A stretch of 64,000 bases of DNA, from contig JBHLON010000005.1 of NCBI GenBank assembly GCA_048940445.1, positions 59,125-123,124 on the forward strand. Reading direction: 5' to 3'. Position numbers and translations under genes: made by a program. The stretch comes from Promethearchaeota archaeon (GTDB lineage Archaea; Asgardarchaeota; Lokiarchaeia; Sigyniarchaeales; SOKP01). Every line of letters begins with the position of its first letter. The first letter of the stretch is position 1. Positions 18,573 through 27,512 of the stretch are shown one piece after another. The notes under the pieces are model-generated. The model was not told where the DNA came from and made no database searches. It saw nothing but the letters and a program-made list of their open reading frames with translations.

Positions 18573-18573
18573 T

Positions 18574-18867
18574 TTACTTTTTCATCCACTTTTTCTTTTT
18601 TAAGCTTCTTAATCTATTTTCTGGAATTCCAACAATCTTGGAACCATCAACTTCTAATAAATCTTTATTTAACTTGAATCTGAAAATATAATCCTTTTTT
18701 ATATATTTTTTAATTTGATTTATTTTTTCGATTATTAACATATTACTCGACTCGTCTATTATAATACCCAGATATTTGAAATCTGAGCCTCTATTTTTTG
18801 ATTTTAATTTTGCACAAGTGTGGAATCCAATTAAATCATGATAGATTATATATTTAGGACTAATCAT
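18574..18867 (-). CDS. rnp1: RNase P protein subunit p29 (Rpp29/Pop4)
   Basis: HDLIG; GIIIDESSNM; VDGSKIVGIPENRL; conserved position in the operon. Confidence 0.9.
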   Translation of the reverse strand: MISPKYIIYHDLIGFHTCAKLKSKNRGSDFKYLGIIIDESSNMLIIEKINQIKKYIKKDYIFRFKLNKDLLEVDGSKIVGIPENRLRSLKKKKWMKK

Positions 18868-18868
18868 C

Positions 18869-19087
18869 TTATCCTTTCAATCTCTCTTCATTTTTAACGG
18901 TTAAAATTCTAGCAATTTGCTTTCTTAATAGCTTTGCTTTTGCAGGATTATCAGCGATGCCACCACCAGTTTGTTGACTATATAACATCATTAATTCTTC
19001 TTTTAATGTAATAAGAGTCCTTTCTCTCTCTCTTTCGTCCATCTGTCTAACTTTTTCAGCAGTTATAATTTCTGGCATTTTTTTCAC
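18869..19087 (-). CDS. rpl29: 50S ribosomal protein uL29
   Basis: NPAKAKLLRKQIARILT. Confidence 0.95.
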   Translation of the reverse strand: MKKMPEIITAEKVRQMDERERERTLITLKEELMMLYSQQTGGGIADNPAKAKLLRKQIARILTVKNEERLKG

Positions 19088-19101
19088 TTAACCTATATTT
19101 T

Positions 19102-19893
19102 CTATTTTTTACTTGGTTCAATAGATACTTCTGATACATCTTCCTCATCTACTTCATCCAGTAAATCTTTTTCTTCTTCACTTAATTCAGCTTCTTCTTC
19201 AGTTACTTCATATTCTTTTTCTGCTATTTTTTCTACTCTGGTCTTTTTTTCAGTTGCTTTTGCCTTTGCCTGGGCTTTAGCCAATTCGGCCTCAAATATT
19301 TTTATATCATCTCCCATCTTTGTATCTGCTTTCATGATTTTAACAATAACACCAAGTACTCCACTTTTCTGAATACATTGAGCAACTCCCTTATCTACTC
19401 CAGTTTCCGCAGGTTGCCCAGATTTTGTCATTGTTCCTGCTCGAAATATCTGTGAACGTGCTCTCTGTGAAGTCACCTTTCCTGCTACTCGAATCTCTAC
19501 TCCTTTTGCTCCTGCATCCATCACCTTTCTTAATATATAATACCCTGCTCTACGATAATGTCTACCTCTGTCAAGACTATATGCTAACCTTTCAGCCATA
19601 ATCTGAGCGTCTAAATCTGGGTTCTGGACTTCCTCAACCTCTATCTGGGGCATTTCCAAGCCATACTGTTCTTGTAAGATGTCTGTGATTTCTTGAATTC
19701 TCTTTCCACCTTTTCCAATCACTAAACCCGGACGTGAAGTCTTTAGTGTTATTCTTACTCCTAAAGGTGTTTTTTGGATATCTACTCCAGCAAATCCAGC
19801 TCGTACAAGCTCAGATCGTAAAAATTCATTTATTTGCATCATCTTGACGCCTTGTTCAATAAAATGACGGGATAAGGGACTCATTCTTTTCAC
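19102..19893 (-). CDS. rps3: 30S ribosomal protein uS3 with acidic C-terminal tail
   Basis: KH motif RPGLVIGKGG; NPDLDAQ; GAKGVEI. Confidence 0.97.
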   Translation of the reverse strand: MKRMSPLSRHFIEQGVKMMQINEFLRSELVRAGFAGVDIQKTPLGVRITLKTSRPGLVIGKGGKRIQEITDILQEQYGLEMPQIEVEEVQNPDLDAQIMAERLAYSLDRGRHYRRAGYYILRKVMDAGAKGVEIRVAGKVTSQRARSQIFRAGTMTKSGQPAETGVDKGVAQCIQKSGVLGVIVKIMKADTKMGDDIKIFEAELAKAQAKAKATEKKTRVEKIAEKEYEVTEEEAELSEEEKDLLDEVDEEDVSEVSIEPSKK

Positions 19894-19917
19894 TCATAAA
19901 TTTTTATTATTTTATAC

Positions 19918-20397
19918 CTAACTTGGAAATTCATATACTACAATTTCAATATGCGATAGACGTCTGTATTTTGCACTTGATCGGCCATGAGCACGTTGGA
20001 TATACCTTTTAATAGTTCTTCCCTGATGTGTTGCTGCATGAATTATTCGACAGGCTTCAATGTCCAATCCTTTGTATTCTGCATTTGATTCAGCAGCAGA
20101 TAATACTTCATAAATTCGAGCAGCTGCTTTTTGTGGATATCTTCCTGCATACCATTTAAATTGTTTTAAATCTTTGCGATGAGCTTGCTTTTTTTTATAT
20201 CTTCTGAATGGTACCGACTGTTTTAATTGAATAACTTTTTCTAAATATGATTTAGCATTGTCAATTTTCATACCTTTAATTACAGCACAAATTTCTCTTG
20301 CATGCTTTGGTTTAATTCTTAAATCTCTCCCAGATGCCCTTGCTAATCTTTCAGCATCATACTTTTGTTCTATAAATGAATAATTCCAGGTAGGCAT
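19918..20397 (-). CDS. rpl22: 50S ribosomal protein uL22
   Basis: VPFRRY; GRYPQKAA; RAHGRS. Confidence 0.97.
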   Translation of the reverse strand: MPTWNYSFIEQKYDAERLARASGRDLRIKPKHAREICAVIKGMKIDNAKSYLEKVIQLKQSVPFRRYKKKQAHRKDLKQFKWYAGRYPQKAAARIYEVLSAAESNAEYKGLDIEACRIIHAATHQGRTIKRYIQRAHGRSSAKYRRLSHIEIVVYEFPS

Positions 20398-20431
20398 TTT
20401 CTATATCTCTCTTTTTGAAAATAATTCAACA

Positions 20432-20965
20432 TTATTTAAGTGGAACATATTTACTTGAACGTGTTGCTCCTATACCGGGTGATCCGTGTTGGACTCTCTT
20501 TCTTGTTAAAGCAAATTCCCCAAGATAATGACCAATCATTTCAGGGCGAATTTCTACAATTTCATAGGTTCTTCCGTTATAAATACCAACTTTAAGACCT
20601 ACAAACTCTGGGAAAATTACTAAGTCTCGAACGTGTGTTCTCACAACTAAATCTTTTCCTCTTTTTTTCGCTCGATATGCTCTTCTTAACCTTTCGATAA
20701 CTTTTTTCTGGCGAGGAGGAAGTCCTCTTCTTAAAGTTCTTCTAGTTCTTGATGGCAACAGTTGAAGCAATCGATCCATGTTCATCTTTTTTAGGTCTTC
20801 TAGTGTATATCCACGGTAATGAAATCTTAATTTATCACGTTCCTTTTCAACGTCTAATTCCTCGATTTCAGCTTCTTCTTCAACTTCTTCCTCAATATTC
20901 TCTGGAGATTCTTCTTCTTCTAAATCTTCTTTATTCTCTTCATTAAGATCTTCATTCGGAGCCAT
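20432..20965 (-). CDS. rps19: 30S ribosomal protein uS19 with ~40-aa acidic N-terminal extension
   Basis: YRGYTLEDL; RTHVRD; EMIGHYLGEF; GATRSSKYVPLK. Confidence 0.97.
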   Translation of the reverse strand: MAPNEDLNEENKEDLEEEESPENIEEEVEEEAEIEELDVEKERDKLRFHYRGYTLEDLKKMNMDRLLQLLPSRTRRTLRRGLPPRQKKVIERLRRAYRAKKRGKDLVVRTHVRDLVIFPEFVGLKVGIYNGRTYEIVEIRPEMIGHYLGEFALTRKRVQHGSPGIGATRSSKYVPLK

Positions 20966-21195
20966 TTTTACACCAATCTATTTGTTCCATTTACTATTTT
21001 TTGTTTAATTTTACTTGATTATTTTGACATGTAAGGTTACAAGTCATCTATCAAATTTTAATTTTATTAAAACGAGAGAACTGAAAAACATAAAATTTAA
21101 AAGTTTATAACCTAAAATTGACCCAAACCCTAAAGATCTTCAAAACGTGAATTTTATCGAAGATTAAAAGAGTTTTATTATAATATTTGTCTCAC

Positions 21196-21870
21196 TCAGT
21201 AATATTTGTTAGGATTATAAACACGAACAATGTCCGCTTCATTAAAGACTCCGCTCCATCTTTCTTCAATTATAACAAATGCATCTGGATCTTTATTCGG
21301 ATTTATCACTGAATGAAACATATTTTTTAAGTTTGCAAAATAAGAACCATCTTTGATAAAATAGTACACTTTATTTCCATTTATTACAATAGGTTTACCT
21401 GTTAAAACTTTCCAAAATTCACTTCGATATTTATGGATTTGGATTGAAATACCCATCTCTGGTTTAATATATATCAGATTATAATCACTATATGTGAATT
21501 TTATACTATACCATTTTGATAATATATCATCGAATCCTTTAGGAACATTAAACTTATCTATGAATGAATTAGGATCAATTTTTACTTTCTGTGTATGTTC
21601 GTATTTATAAGGATTATAAATAATCTCATGTTTAGAAATATCTTGATTTACCCCAAATTTGATCTTTTCCTTGCTATTGTTTAATAACATATAATAATCA
21701 TATGGAGCAATATTCAAATCTGTGATTGATAAATTATTCACGATAAAAGATGATCCATTTATGAAAAAAATTTTATCTAATAGAGCATCATCAATAGAAA
21801 TCACTAGAGTATCTCTACCGTTTTTCCTTAAAAAAGTGCCTCTCTTAGCATCTAAAATTTGTTCTATCAT
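21196..21870 (-). CDS. Cupin protein with mannose-6-phosphate isomerase type II-like C-terminal domain
   Basis: ISIQIHKYRSEFWKVLTG ... FHSVIN ... EADIVRV. Confidence 0.7.
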   Translation of the reverse strand: MIEQILDAKRGTFLRKNGRDTLVISIDDALLDKIFFINGSSFIVNNLSITDLNIAPYDYYMLLNNSKEKIKFGVNQDISKHEIIYNPYKYEHTQKVKIDPNSFIDKFNVPKGFDDILSKWYSIKFTYSDYNLIYIKPEMGISIQIHKYRSEFWKVLTGKPIVINGNKVYYFIKDGSYFANLKNMFHSVINPNKDPDAFVIIEERWSGVFNEADIVRVYNPNKYY

Positions 21871-22845
21871 TTAAGTTTGCCCCATTAAAGCATTATATTT
21901 TTGGTATCTTTCTTCAATCTCATTTAAATGTGGGATTGATTCTTGCGCTCCTTTTCTAGTTACAGCAATAGAGGCTGCTGCTGTAGCATACTTTACAGAT
22001 GTTATTATGTCTTCTCCTTGATTTAATTTACTTGCTATAATACCATTAAAACAGTCCCCAGCTCCAACTGTGTCAATAGCTTTAACTTTGAATGCAGGCA
22101 ATTCAATGTATTTATCATTTTTAGATAAATACGTTAATGAACCTTTACTACCTAGGGTTGTAATTACACTTTTTACCCCTAAGCTACATATATCTCTTGA
22201 AATTTGAATAATCTTCTTATTTCCTTTATGTAATGATTCTTTAAAACCTAATAATGTACTTAATCGAGTTAATTCGCCCTCATTTGGGATGAGGATATCT
22301 GTTTTGCTTAAAATTTTAGGAGGTATAGTTTTTAAAGGAGCAGGATTAAGGATTTTAATAACCTCTCCTTTAGAGGCAATTGAGAAAACTTCTTCGATAG
22401 TTTCAATTGAGATTTCCATTTGCACTATTAATGAAGTTGAGTTTTTAATTAATTTTGCAAGTTTTCGAATATCTTCTGGCATTAATTTAGCATTAGCTCC
22501 TGGAGCAACACTTATCATATTTTCTCCATCTTTATCAATCATGATGAAAGCAATTCCACTTGATTCAGTAGGATCTTTAAGGATATAATCTGTATTAACT
22601 CCTTCATTCCTTAATTGAGATATCATTTGTTCCCCATATAAATCTCTACCTACTTTACCGATAAAAATAGTATTTGAACCAGAGCGCACTGAAGCAACTG
22701 ATTGATTTGCTCCTTTTCCACCTAAATATTGCTTAAAAATACCTCCTGTTATTGTTTCACCAGGCTTAGGCAATCTTTCTGAATAAATATTTAAATCTAT
22801 ATTGCTAGAACCTATAATAATTACATAATTTTTCGAACCAATCAT
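21871..22845 (-). CDS. rbsK: Ribokinase (PfkB family)
   Basis: GSSNID; GGKGANQ; NPAP; PNEGE; DTVGAGDCF. Confidence 0.95.
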   Translation of the reverse strand: MIGSKNYVIIIGSSNIDLNIYSERLPKPGETITGGIFKQYLGGKGANQSVASVRSGSNTIFIGKVGRDLYGEQMISQLRNEGVNTDYILKDPTESSGIAFIMIDKDGENMISVAPGANAKLMPEDIRKLAKLIKNSTSLIVQMEISIETIEEVFSIASKGEVIKILNPAPLKTIPPKILSKTDILIPNEGELTRLSTLLGFKESLHKGNKKIIQISRDICSLGVKSVITTLGSKGSLTYLSKNDKYIELPAFKVKAIDTVGAGDCFNGIIASKLNQGEDIITSVKYATAAASIAVTRKGAQESIPHLNEIEERYQKYNALMGQT

Positions 22846-23015
22846 AATTAAATTTAATTCTTAAGTTTCTATTAACTATAAGTAGACCATCACAATTAAA
22901 ATCAATCGTATCTTATCGAATAGTTTTAATTTAATATTATTTTACCAAATAATATTACCTTTAACCAAATTGCTTATTATCAAAAAAAAAATAATTTTTA
23001 AAAAAGTGAATAAAA

Positions 23016-23342
23016 ATGGCAAAAGATAAAATTATTGGTGCAATAGTATTAATTCTAGGGATTTTTATCGCAGTTGTCTATACGATGGGAAGTATTGTGG
23101 ATCTCTGGTTTCAAACTTGGGGTAATAATCCAAATTGGGCAGTTCATATTTTTGGTAGCTTCTTGGGGGGATTACTTTCATGGGAACTTTTTGTAGTAAT
23201 ACCCATTTGGTTGATAGTAATCTTAATTTGTATTATCGCTATCTGGATCGGATATAGTATGCTAACCACACCCGCGCCTGTCCCACTCGAAGAACTAGAA
23301 GAAGAATTAGCAGCTGAGGAAGGAGAATCTTCTGAAGATTAG
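23016..23342 (+). CDS. Two-TM membrane protein resembling DPM2
   Basis: DKIIG..VYT first helix; IP..WIGYSML second helix; acidic tail. Confidence 0.65.
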   Translation: MAKDKIIGAIVLILGIFIAVVYTMGSIVDLWFQTWGNNPNWAVHIFGSFLGGLLSWELFVVIPIWLIVILICIIAIWIGYSMLTTPAPVPLEELEEELAAEEGESSED

Positions 23343-23402
23343 AATGAAAACAACTTAAATCTTATTTTTTTTAATTTCATTTTTTAAAATGAGGAGAAAT
23401 AT

Positions 23403-24518
23403 CTAATTGAACTCTAAGAAATGAGCTAGTAGATGACCACTACTATAACAGCTAATTAAGAGATTGGAATTGGGCTCATATTTCAAACCATTTAAACAAG
23501 ACTTTTGTGTATTTTTTGATATTATTTGTCCATTTGTCGCATTTACAACCATTAACTCTCCTTTTGTAGTACCAATACCTATGAATTTTTGATTATCTTT
23601 ATGAATTTGACAAATTGCCTCCACATTTATATTTTTTAGCTCCCAATCAACTCCCAAATTTCTATTTAAACATATCAATTTTGAAGAAAATTGAATGTCT
23701 TCAATTTTTTTGTCTTGATTGAAATATGAAAAAGAATAAGAACTGATTAATAATTTCCTATGCTTAAAAAATGGTAAGGAAAAACATTTCCATATATAAT
23801 CATTGAAAGATATACTTTTCGTTTCTCTTTGTGTGCTTTTGTCGATTATATGAAGATCTCTATCGTCCCCGCCACACACAATGAAGTCTGTCTCATTAGA
23901 TGACAAATATGAGATGCATCTTATTTTATTAGAAAGGACTTTAAACCATTTTAAGTTTCCATTGATCTCTTCAAAGATCTTGATCGTACCATCATTACTA
24001 CATGCAAAGATCTCTTTTTTATTACTTAATTTATTATCCGACCATATACATGCATCTTCAACCCCATCTCCAAATAATTGCCCCCAAATCAATGATCCAT
24101 TTGAAGATTGCAGAACCCGTAGACTTTTGTCTAGAGAGTACGCAATAATTTCAAAATTATTATCAAGATTGATATCATCTAATAAAAATCCGCTAATTGA
24201 AGATGCAAATTTGTGATCCCATAATGGTGTCAAGGATAAAGGTGCCGAAATTTGAAAAACACGCAGAATTCCATCCATTCCACCAGTTATTAATTTAGGT
24301 AAGGTATCAATTTTGGCATTGTATATCTTTAGGTCCCAAATTGGAGTATTTTGCGTACAAGCGTTCTCGTATAACAAATCTCCTTTTAGTGAGAGAAAAT
24401 AGATTTTCCCTGATTTTGAATATGAAACTATCTTTGTACCTAAATTTTGATTTGTCAGTATTTCTAGGCCTAATAATTGTTCATTAGTTTTATATTTCCA
24501 TATTTCGATGGTTCTCAA
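23403..24518 (-). CDS. WD40/FG-GAP-like beta-propeller protein
   Basis: Repeated blades TGGMDGILRVF, AYSLDKSLRVL, ACSNDGTIKIF, CGGDDRDLHII; DDINLDNNFEI calcium-like loop. Confidence 0.8.
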   Translation of the reverse strand: MRTIEIWKYKTNEQLLGLEILTNQNLGTKIVSYSKSGKIYFLSLKGDLLYENACTQNTPIWDLKIYNAKIDTLPKLITGGMDGILRVFQISAPLSLTPLWDHKFASSISGFLLDDINLDNNFEIIAYSLDKSLRVLQSSNGSLIWGQLFGDGVEDACIWSDNKLSNKKEIFACSNDGTIKIFEEINGNLKWFKVLSNKIRCISYLSSNETDFIVCGGDDRDLHIIDKSTQRETKSISFNDYIWKCFSLPFFKHRKLLISSYSFSYFNQDKKIEDIQFSSKLICLNRNLGVDWELKNINVEAICQIHKDNQKFIGIGTTKGELMVVNATNGQIISKNTQKSCLNGLKYEPNSNLLISCYSSGHLLAHFLEFN

Positions 24519-24616
24519 CTATCTTCACATTTTAATTATTGGTTATACTATAAAAGAATTCATTTTATTTACTTTTAAATGCTAGATACTCTAAAAATAA
24601 TATTCGTGATTAATAA

Positions 24617-25063
24617 ATGTCAGTAGAAAGGAGAATTGATATTTTTTCAGCTTTAATATCAACCCTCAGTATCATTGCCTTAATAATGGTTATAATTGGA
24701 CCTTTCGCTGGAACCTTTAATTTTGGTTATGGTTATTATTACTATTCTTGTTTATACTGTGAAAATTGGACTACAATTGACTTAATTACACAGATATTTA
24801 TAATAATACTTTTGATCCTTCAATTTTTAATTGCTTTAAACGAATTACTTCCAAAGAAAATTATTTCAAATGATTTAACTATGATAGGCATAATAATGGC
24901 AGGATTGACATGGACTTTAGCTCTGATAGGTTTAGCTTCTTTCGGAATATGGTGGGGATTCATTAATGATTTCGAATGGTGGCCAGAATTAGGTTTCTAT
25001 GGCAGTCTTGTTGGTGGAATTCTCAATATGATTCTATTTATTTTGAAATTTAAGAATAAATAA
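24617..25063 (+). CDS. Four-TM membrane protein (claudin-like topology)
   Basis: Four hydrophobic helices; CxxC in first loop; WWPELGFY before TM4. Confidence 0.7.
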   Translation: MSVERRIDIFSALISTLSIIALIMVIIGPFAGTFNFGYGYYYYSCLYCENWTTIDLITQIFIIILLILQFLIALNELLPKKIISNDLTMIGIIMAGLTWTLALIGLASFGIWWGFINDFEWWPELGFYGSLVGGILNMILFILKFKNK

Positions 25064-25208
25064 CTCCTCTTTTTTTTTTGAAAGTAAAAAATAAAGAGAA
25101 TTTCTTAAAATAAAAACGAAATTTAAATTTTTTACTTTATTCTCATAATTACTGAAAAACACTCTAAACGAACTTAAACAAAAAATCATTCTTAAAAAGG
25201 TTTTAATT

Positions 25209-25406
25209 ATGGGATTCAGAATTGAAATTGATATGGATGCATGCAGCGGATGTGGAACATGTTATGAGGTTTGCCCTAGTGAATGTTTTGGAGAACCAGA
25301 AGGAGGCAAAGTAAATGTTCTAGAAGAAAACAGAGACGATTGCGTGGGTTGCAGAGCTTGTGAAACACAATGCTCTGAGGAAGCCATTACCATCACTGAA
25401 GATTAA
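25209..25406 (+). CDS. 2[4Fe-4S] ferredoxin
   Basis: CSGCGTCYEVCP and CVGCRACETQC. Confidence 0.95.
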   Translation: MGFRIEIDMDACSGCGTCYEVCPSECFGEPEGGKVNVLEENRDDCVGCRACETQCSEEAITITED

Positions 25407-25472
25407 GAATTGTTTAATAATGTATATTTACAAAATTTTTTTTATTTTTATTACCTATTTAATAAGATAAAA

Positions 25473-25820
25473 TTATTCAATTTTCTCAATATTTTCTAGT
25501 GGAATCCACCCCGATTTTCCATTTTCTGAAGTTACCCAAATCCACCCACTTTCTTCTAGTTCAATTAAAAATTCTTCTCCGATAGAAACTGTTAATTCAG
25601 TTGCATCATAGTCTTTTAACATGATAGCATTATTCCCATGAATTTTAAGATAACTCTTAGGAACCCATCCTGACTTTTTGGATTTATTAATAACCCAAAT
25701 CCATCCTGGCCACTCAGAATCTTTAGTTTCTAGACGCAGCTTTTCTCCTTTTTTAAGTATTAACGGGACTGAAAAGGATGCTGTGTGATTTTTAACTACT
25801 CTACAATCTTTTTTTATCAT
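25473..25820 (-). CDS. Tandem SH3-domain protein
   Basis: Two repeats of L...GE....GWIWV.....SGW(V/I)P; DYDATELTV. Confidence 0.85.
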   Translation of the reverse strand: MIKKDCRVVKNHTASFSVPLILKKGEKLRLETKDSEWPGWIWVINKSKKSGWVPKSYLKIHGNNAIMLKDYDATELTVSIGEEFLIELEESGWIWVTSENGKSGWIPLENIEKIE

Positions 25821-25920
25821 TATTTTACTTTAGTATTGATTTTTTTAAAGAATTTCTATTTAAATTAGTTCAGTGTTACATAATTTAATAGTTATATAAT
25901 ATGATGAACATTTTGGTATT

Positions 25921-26238
25921 ATGCTAAAACAAATTGAAGAGTTTAGTGATGTACTAAAAAAAAAATTTGATCAAGAAAAGCAAAACAATAAAAAGAAGGT
26001 TTCAGCTTTAAAGAATTGTCGATTAGATATTGTCGAAATAAAGTCTGCTATTGAATTTCTACCAAATGGATATAAAGAATTAAATGAAAAATAAAACTTG
26101 CTCCATGAAAAATATTCTTATAAAAAATTCTATAAATATGAAAAAAAGAAAAATAATTTTTTAGATTCCGTTATAGAATTATCCAAAATATGTGAAATGC
26201 TTGAAGATAATATTAGGTTTACAATATCACAAAATTAA
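25921..26238 (+). pseudogene. Helical ORF interrupted by an in-frame TAA at 26092-26094
   Basis: ATG at 25921; 57 codons, TAA, then 47 more sense codons in the same frame to TAA ending 26238. Confidence 0.45.
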
Positions 26239-26244
26239 TAATTG

Positions 26245-26270
26245 TTTCGTGAAACCCCCCTTTCACGAAA
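26245..26270. terminator. Perfect 10-bp inverted repeat with C6 loop between convergent ORFs
   Basis: TTTCGTGAAA-CCCCCC-TTTCACGAAA. Confidence 0.5.
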
Positions 26271-26323
26271 GTTTATTCATATCTACTAAATATTTCAAGA
26301 TTCATCATGAAAAGAATGAAGAT

Positions 26324-27430
26324 TTACCATAATAAAATTTTGTTACAATTTTTACAGATACCCTCATTAATCTGTATGTTAAGGCATGTTTCATGATACG
26401 GGGTTTTACAAGCATTGCACATAAAAATTTTTCCAGTGTATTCCCCAAAATCATATCCACAATATCCACATTTATTTGCAAAAGAAAAATCAGTGCTATT
26501 TACATTTACTTGAACAATTTGGGAGGTTCCCGTCAATCCTATAACATTATCAGAAGGGGTTAGGTAATCGTTTGATTGGATTGGTGCTGAATCTTGATGA
26601 TGAGGTTGTTGAAAATCTTCCCAATTAGATACATAGGTAGAAGTAGGTTTTTTTGAAATTCCTGTTTTTTGAGCTACTTTTTCATCTAAGATATTAGTTA
26701 AAATAAGTGCTGAAGCGTATTTACCCTTTACTCCTCCTTTTTGCAAGTGAGTATGAGAGATCATATGAATGACTCTACCTCCCGCTTTACCAAAATCAAA
26801 ATATATAAAAACAGGAGCTTCTCCCCATTTACTTAATATTTCTTGAGATGATATCAAAACGTGTACGTTCGGATTCAAGATGCTAATTGGAAAGCTTTTG
26901 GTTTCTAACCACCATCTGAATTCTGTCTTTTTAGTATTTTTTGCGTCCTTTTTTTGCCATTTACTCTGTTGTATTTCACTAAGAACACCATCAAGGTAAG
27001 GGTGATTTGGTTCCAATATTTGGCATGCAACTACTGCATCTGCTGTTTTTTGCCCATTCCAGCGGATAAAACCAGGAAAAACTACTTCTACCAAAGTTTT
27101 TATGGCCCAATCTGTTGTGATTAGCCAACCACCATTTAAAGATACATAATCTTTCACTTTTAAATAAGCAGAATGAGGAATCTCATCGCCTGGGCATCCA
27201 ATTAGTACTACATCGTAATCATTAAGATTATATTTCATTATTTGTTTTGGCTTTATAGTTTCATGAGTGGCAGCATACATATGATCGATAATTTTTTTGG
27301 GTTTTTCATATCGTCCTTCGACAGCTAAGATTTTACCATGCTTCTCGACAGCGTGTACAACATCTTTTTTATTAAGCGCTTCCATCTTACGTTGCTTAAC
27401 CTCAGAATATAAATCTTTCCAGCTACTCAT
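26324..27430 (-). CDS. GATase/ThuA-like alpha-beta domain plus C-terminal C4HC3 (PHD/RING-variant) zinc finger
   Basis: YDVVLIGCPG ... GGWLITTDWA; C-terminal CGYC-x13-CNAC-x4-HETC-x9-CKNC. Confidence 0.75.
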   Translation of the reverse strand: MSSWKDLYSEVKQRKMEALNKKDVVHAVEKHGKILAVEGRYEKPKKIIDHMYAATHETIKPKQIMKYNLNDYDVVLIGCPGDEIPHSAYLKVKDYVSLNGGWLITTDWAIKTLVEVVFPGFIRWNGQKTADAVVACQILEPNHPYLDGVLSEIQQSKWQKKDAKNTKKTEFRWWLETKSFPISILNPNVHVLISSQEILSKWGEAPVFIYFDFGKAGGRVIHMISHTHLQKGGVKGKYASALILTNILDEKVAQKTGISKKPTSTYVSNWEDFQQPHHQDSAPIQSNDYLTPSDNVIGLTGTSQIVQVNVNSTDFSFANKCGYCGYDFGEYTGKIFMCNACKTPYHETCLNIQINEGICKNCNKILLW

Positions 27431-27512
27431 TAAAAATCTCTCACATTAAGATTATAAGGAATTTAATGTTATTTTTATAAAAGTAATAAAAAAATACATA
27501 TTTATATTTTCA

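Noticed and set aside
26271-26323. SECIS-like ATGA...TGA hairpin 3' of the zinc-finger gene
   Set aside because: Helix length and quartet register do not fit, and the upstream gene has no in-frame TGA.
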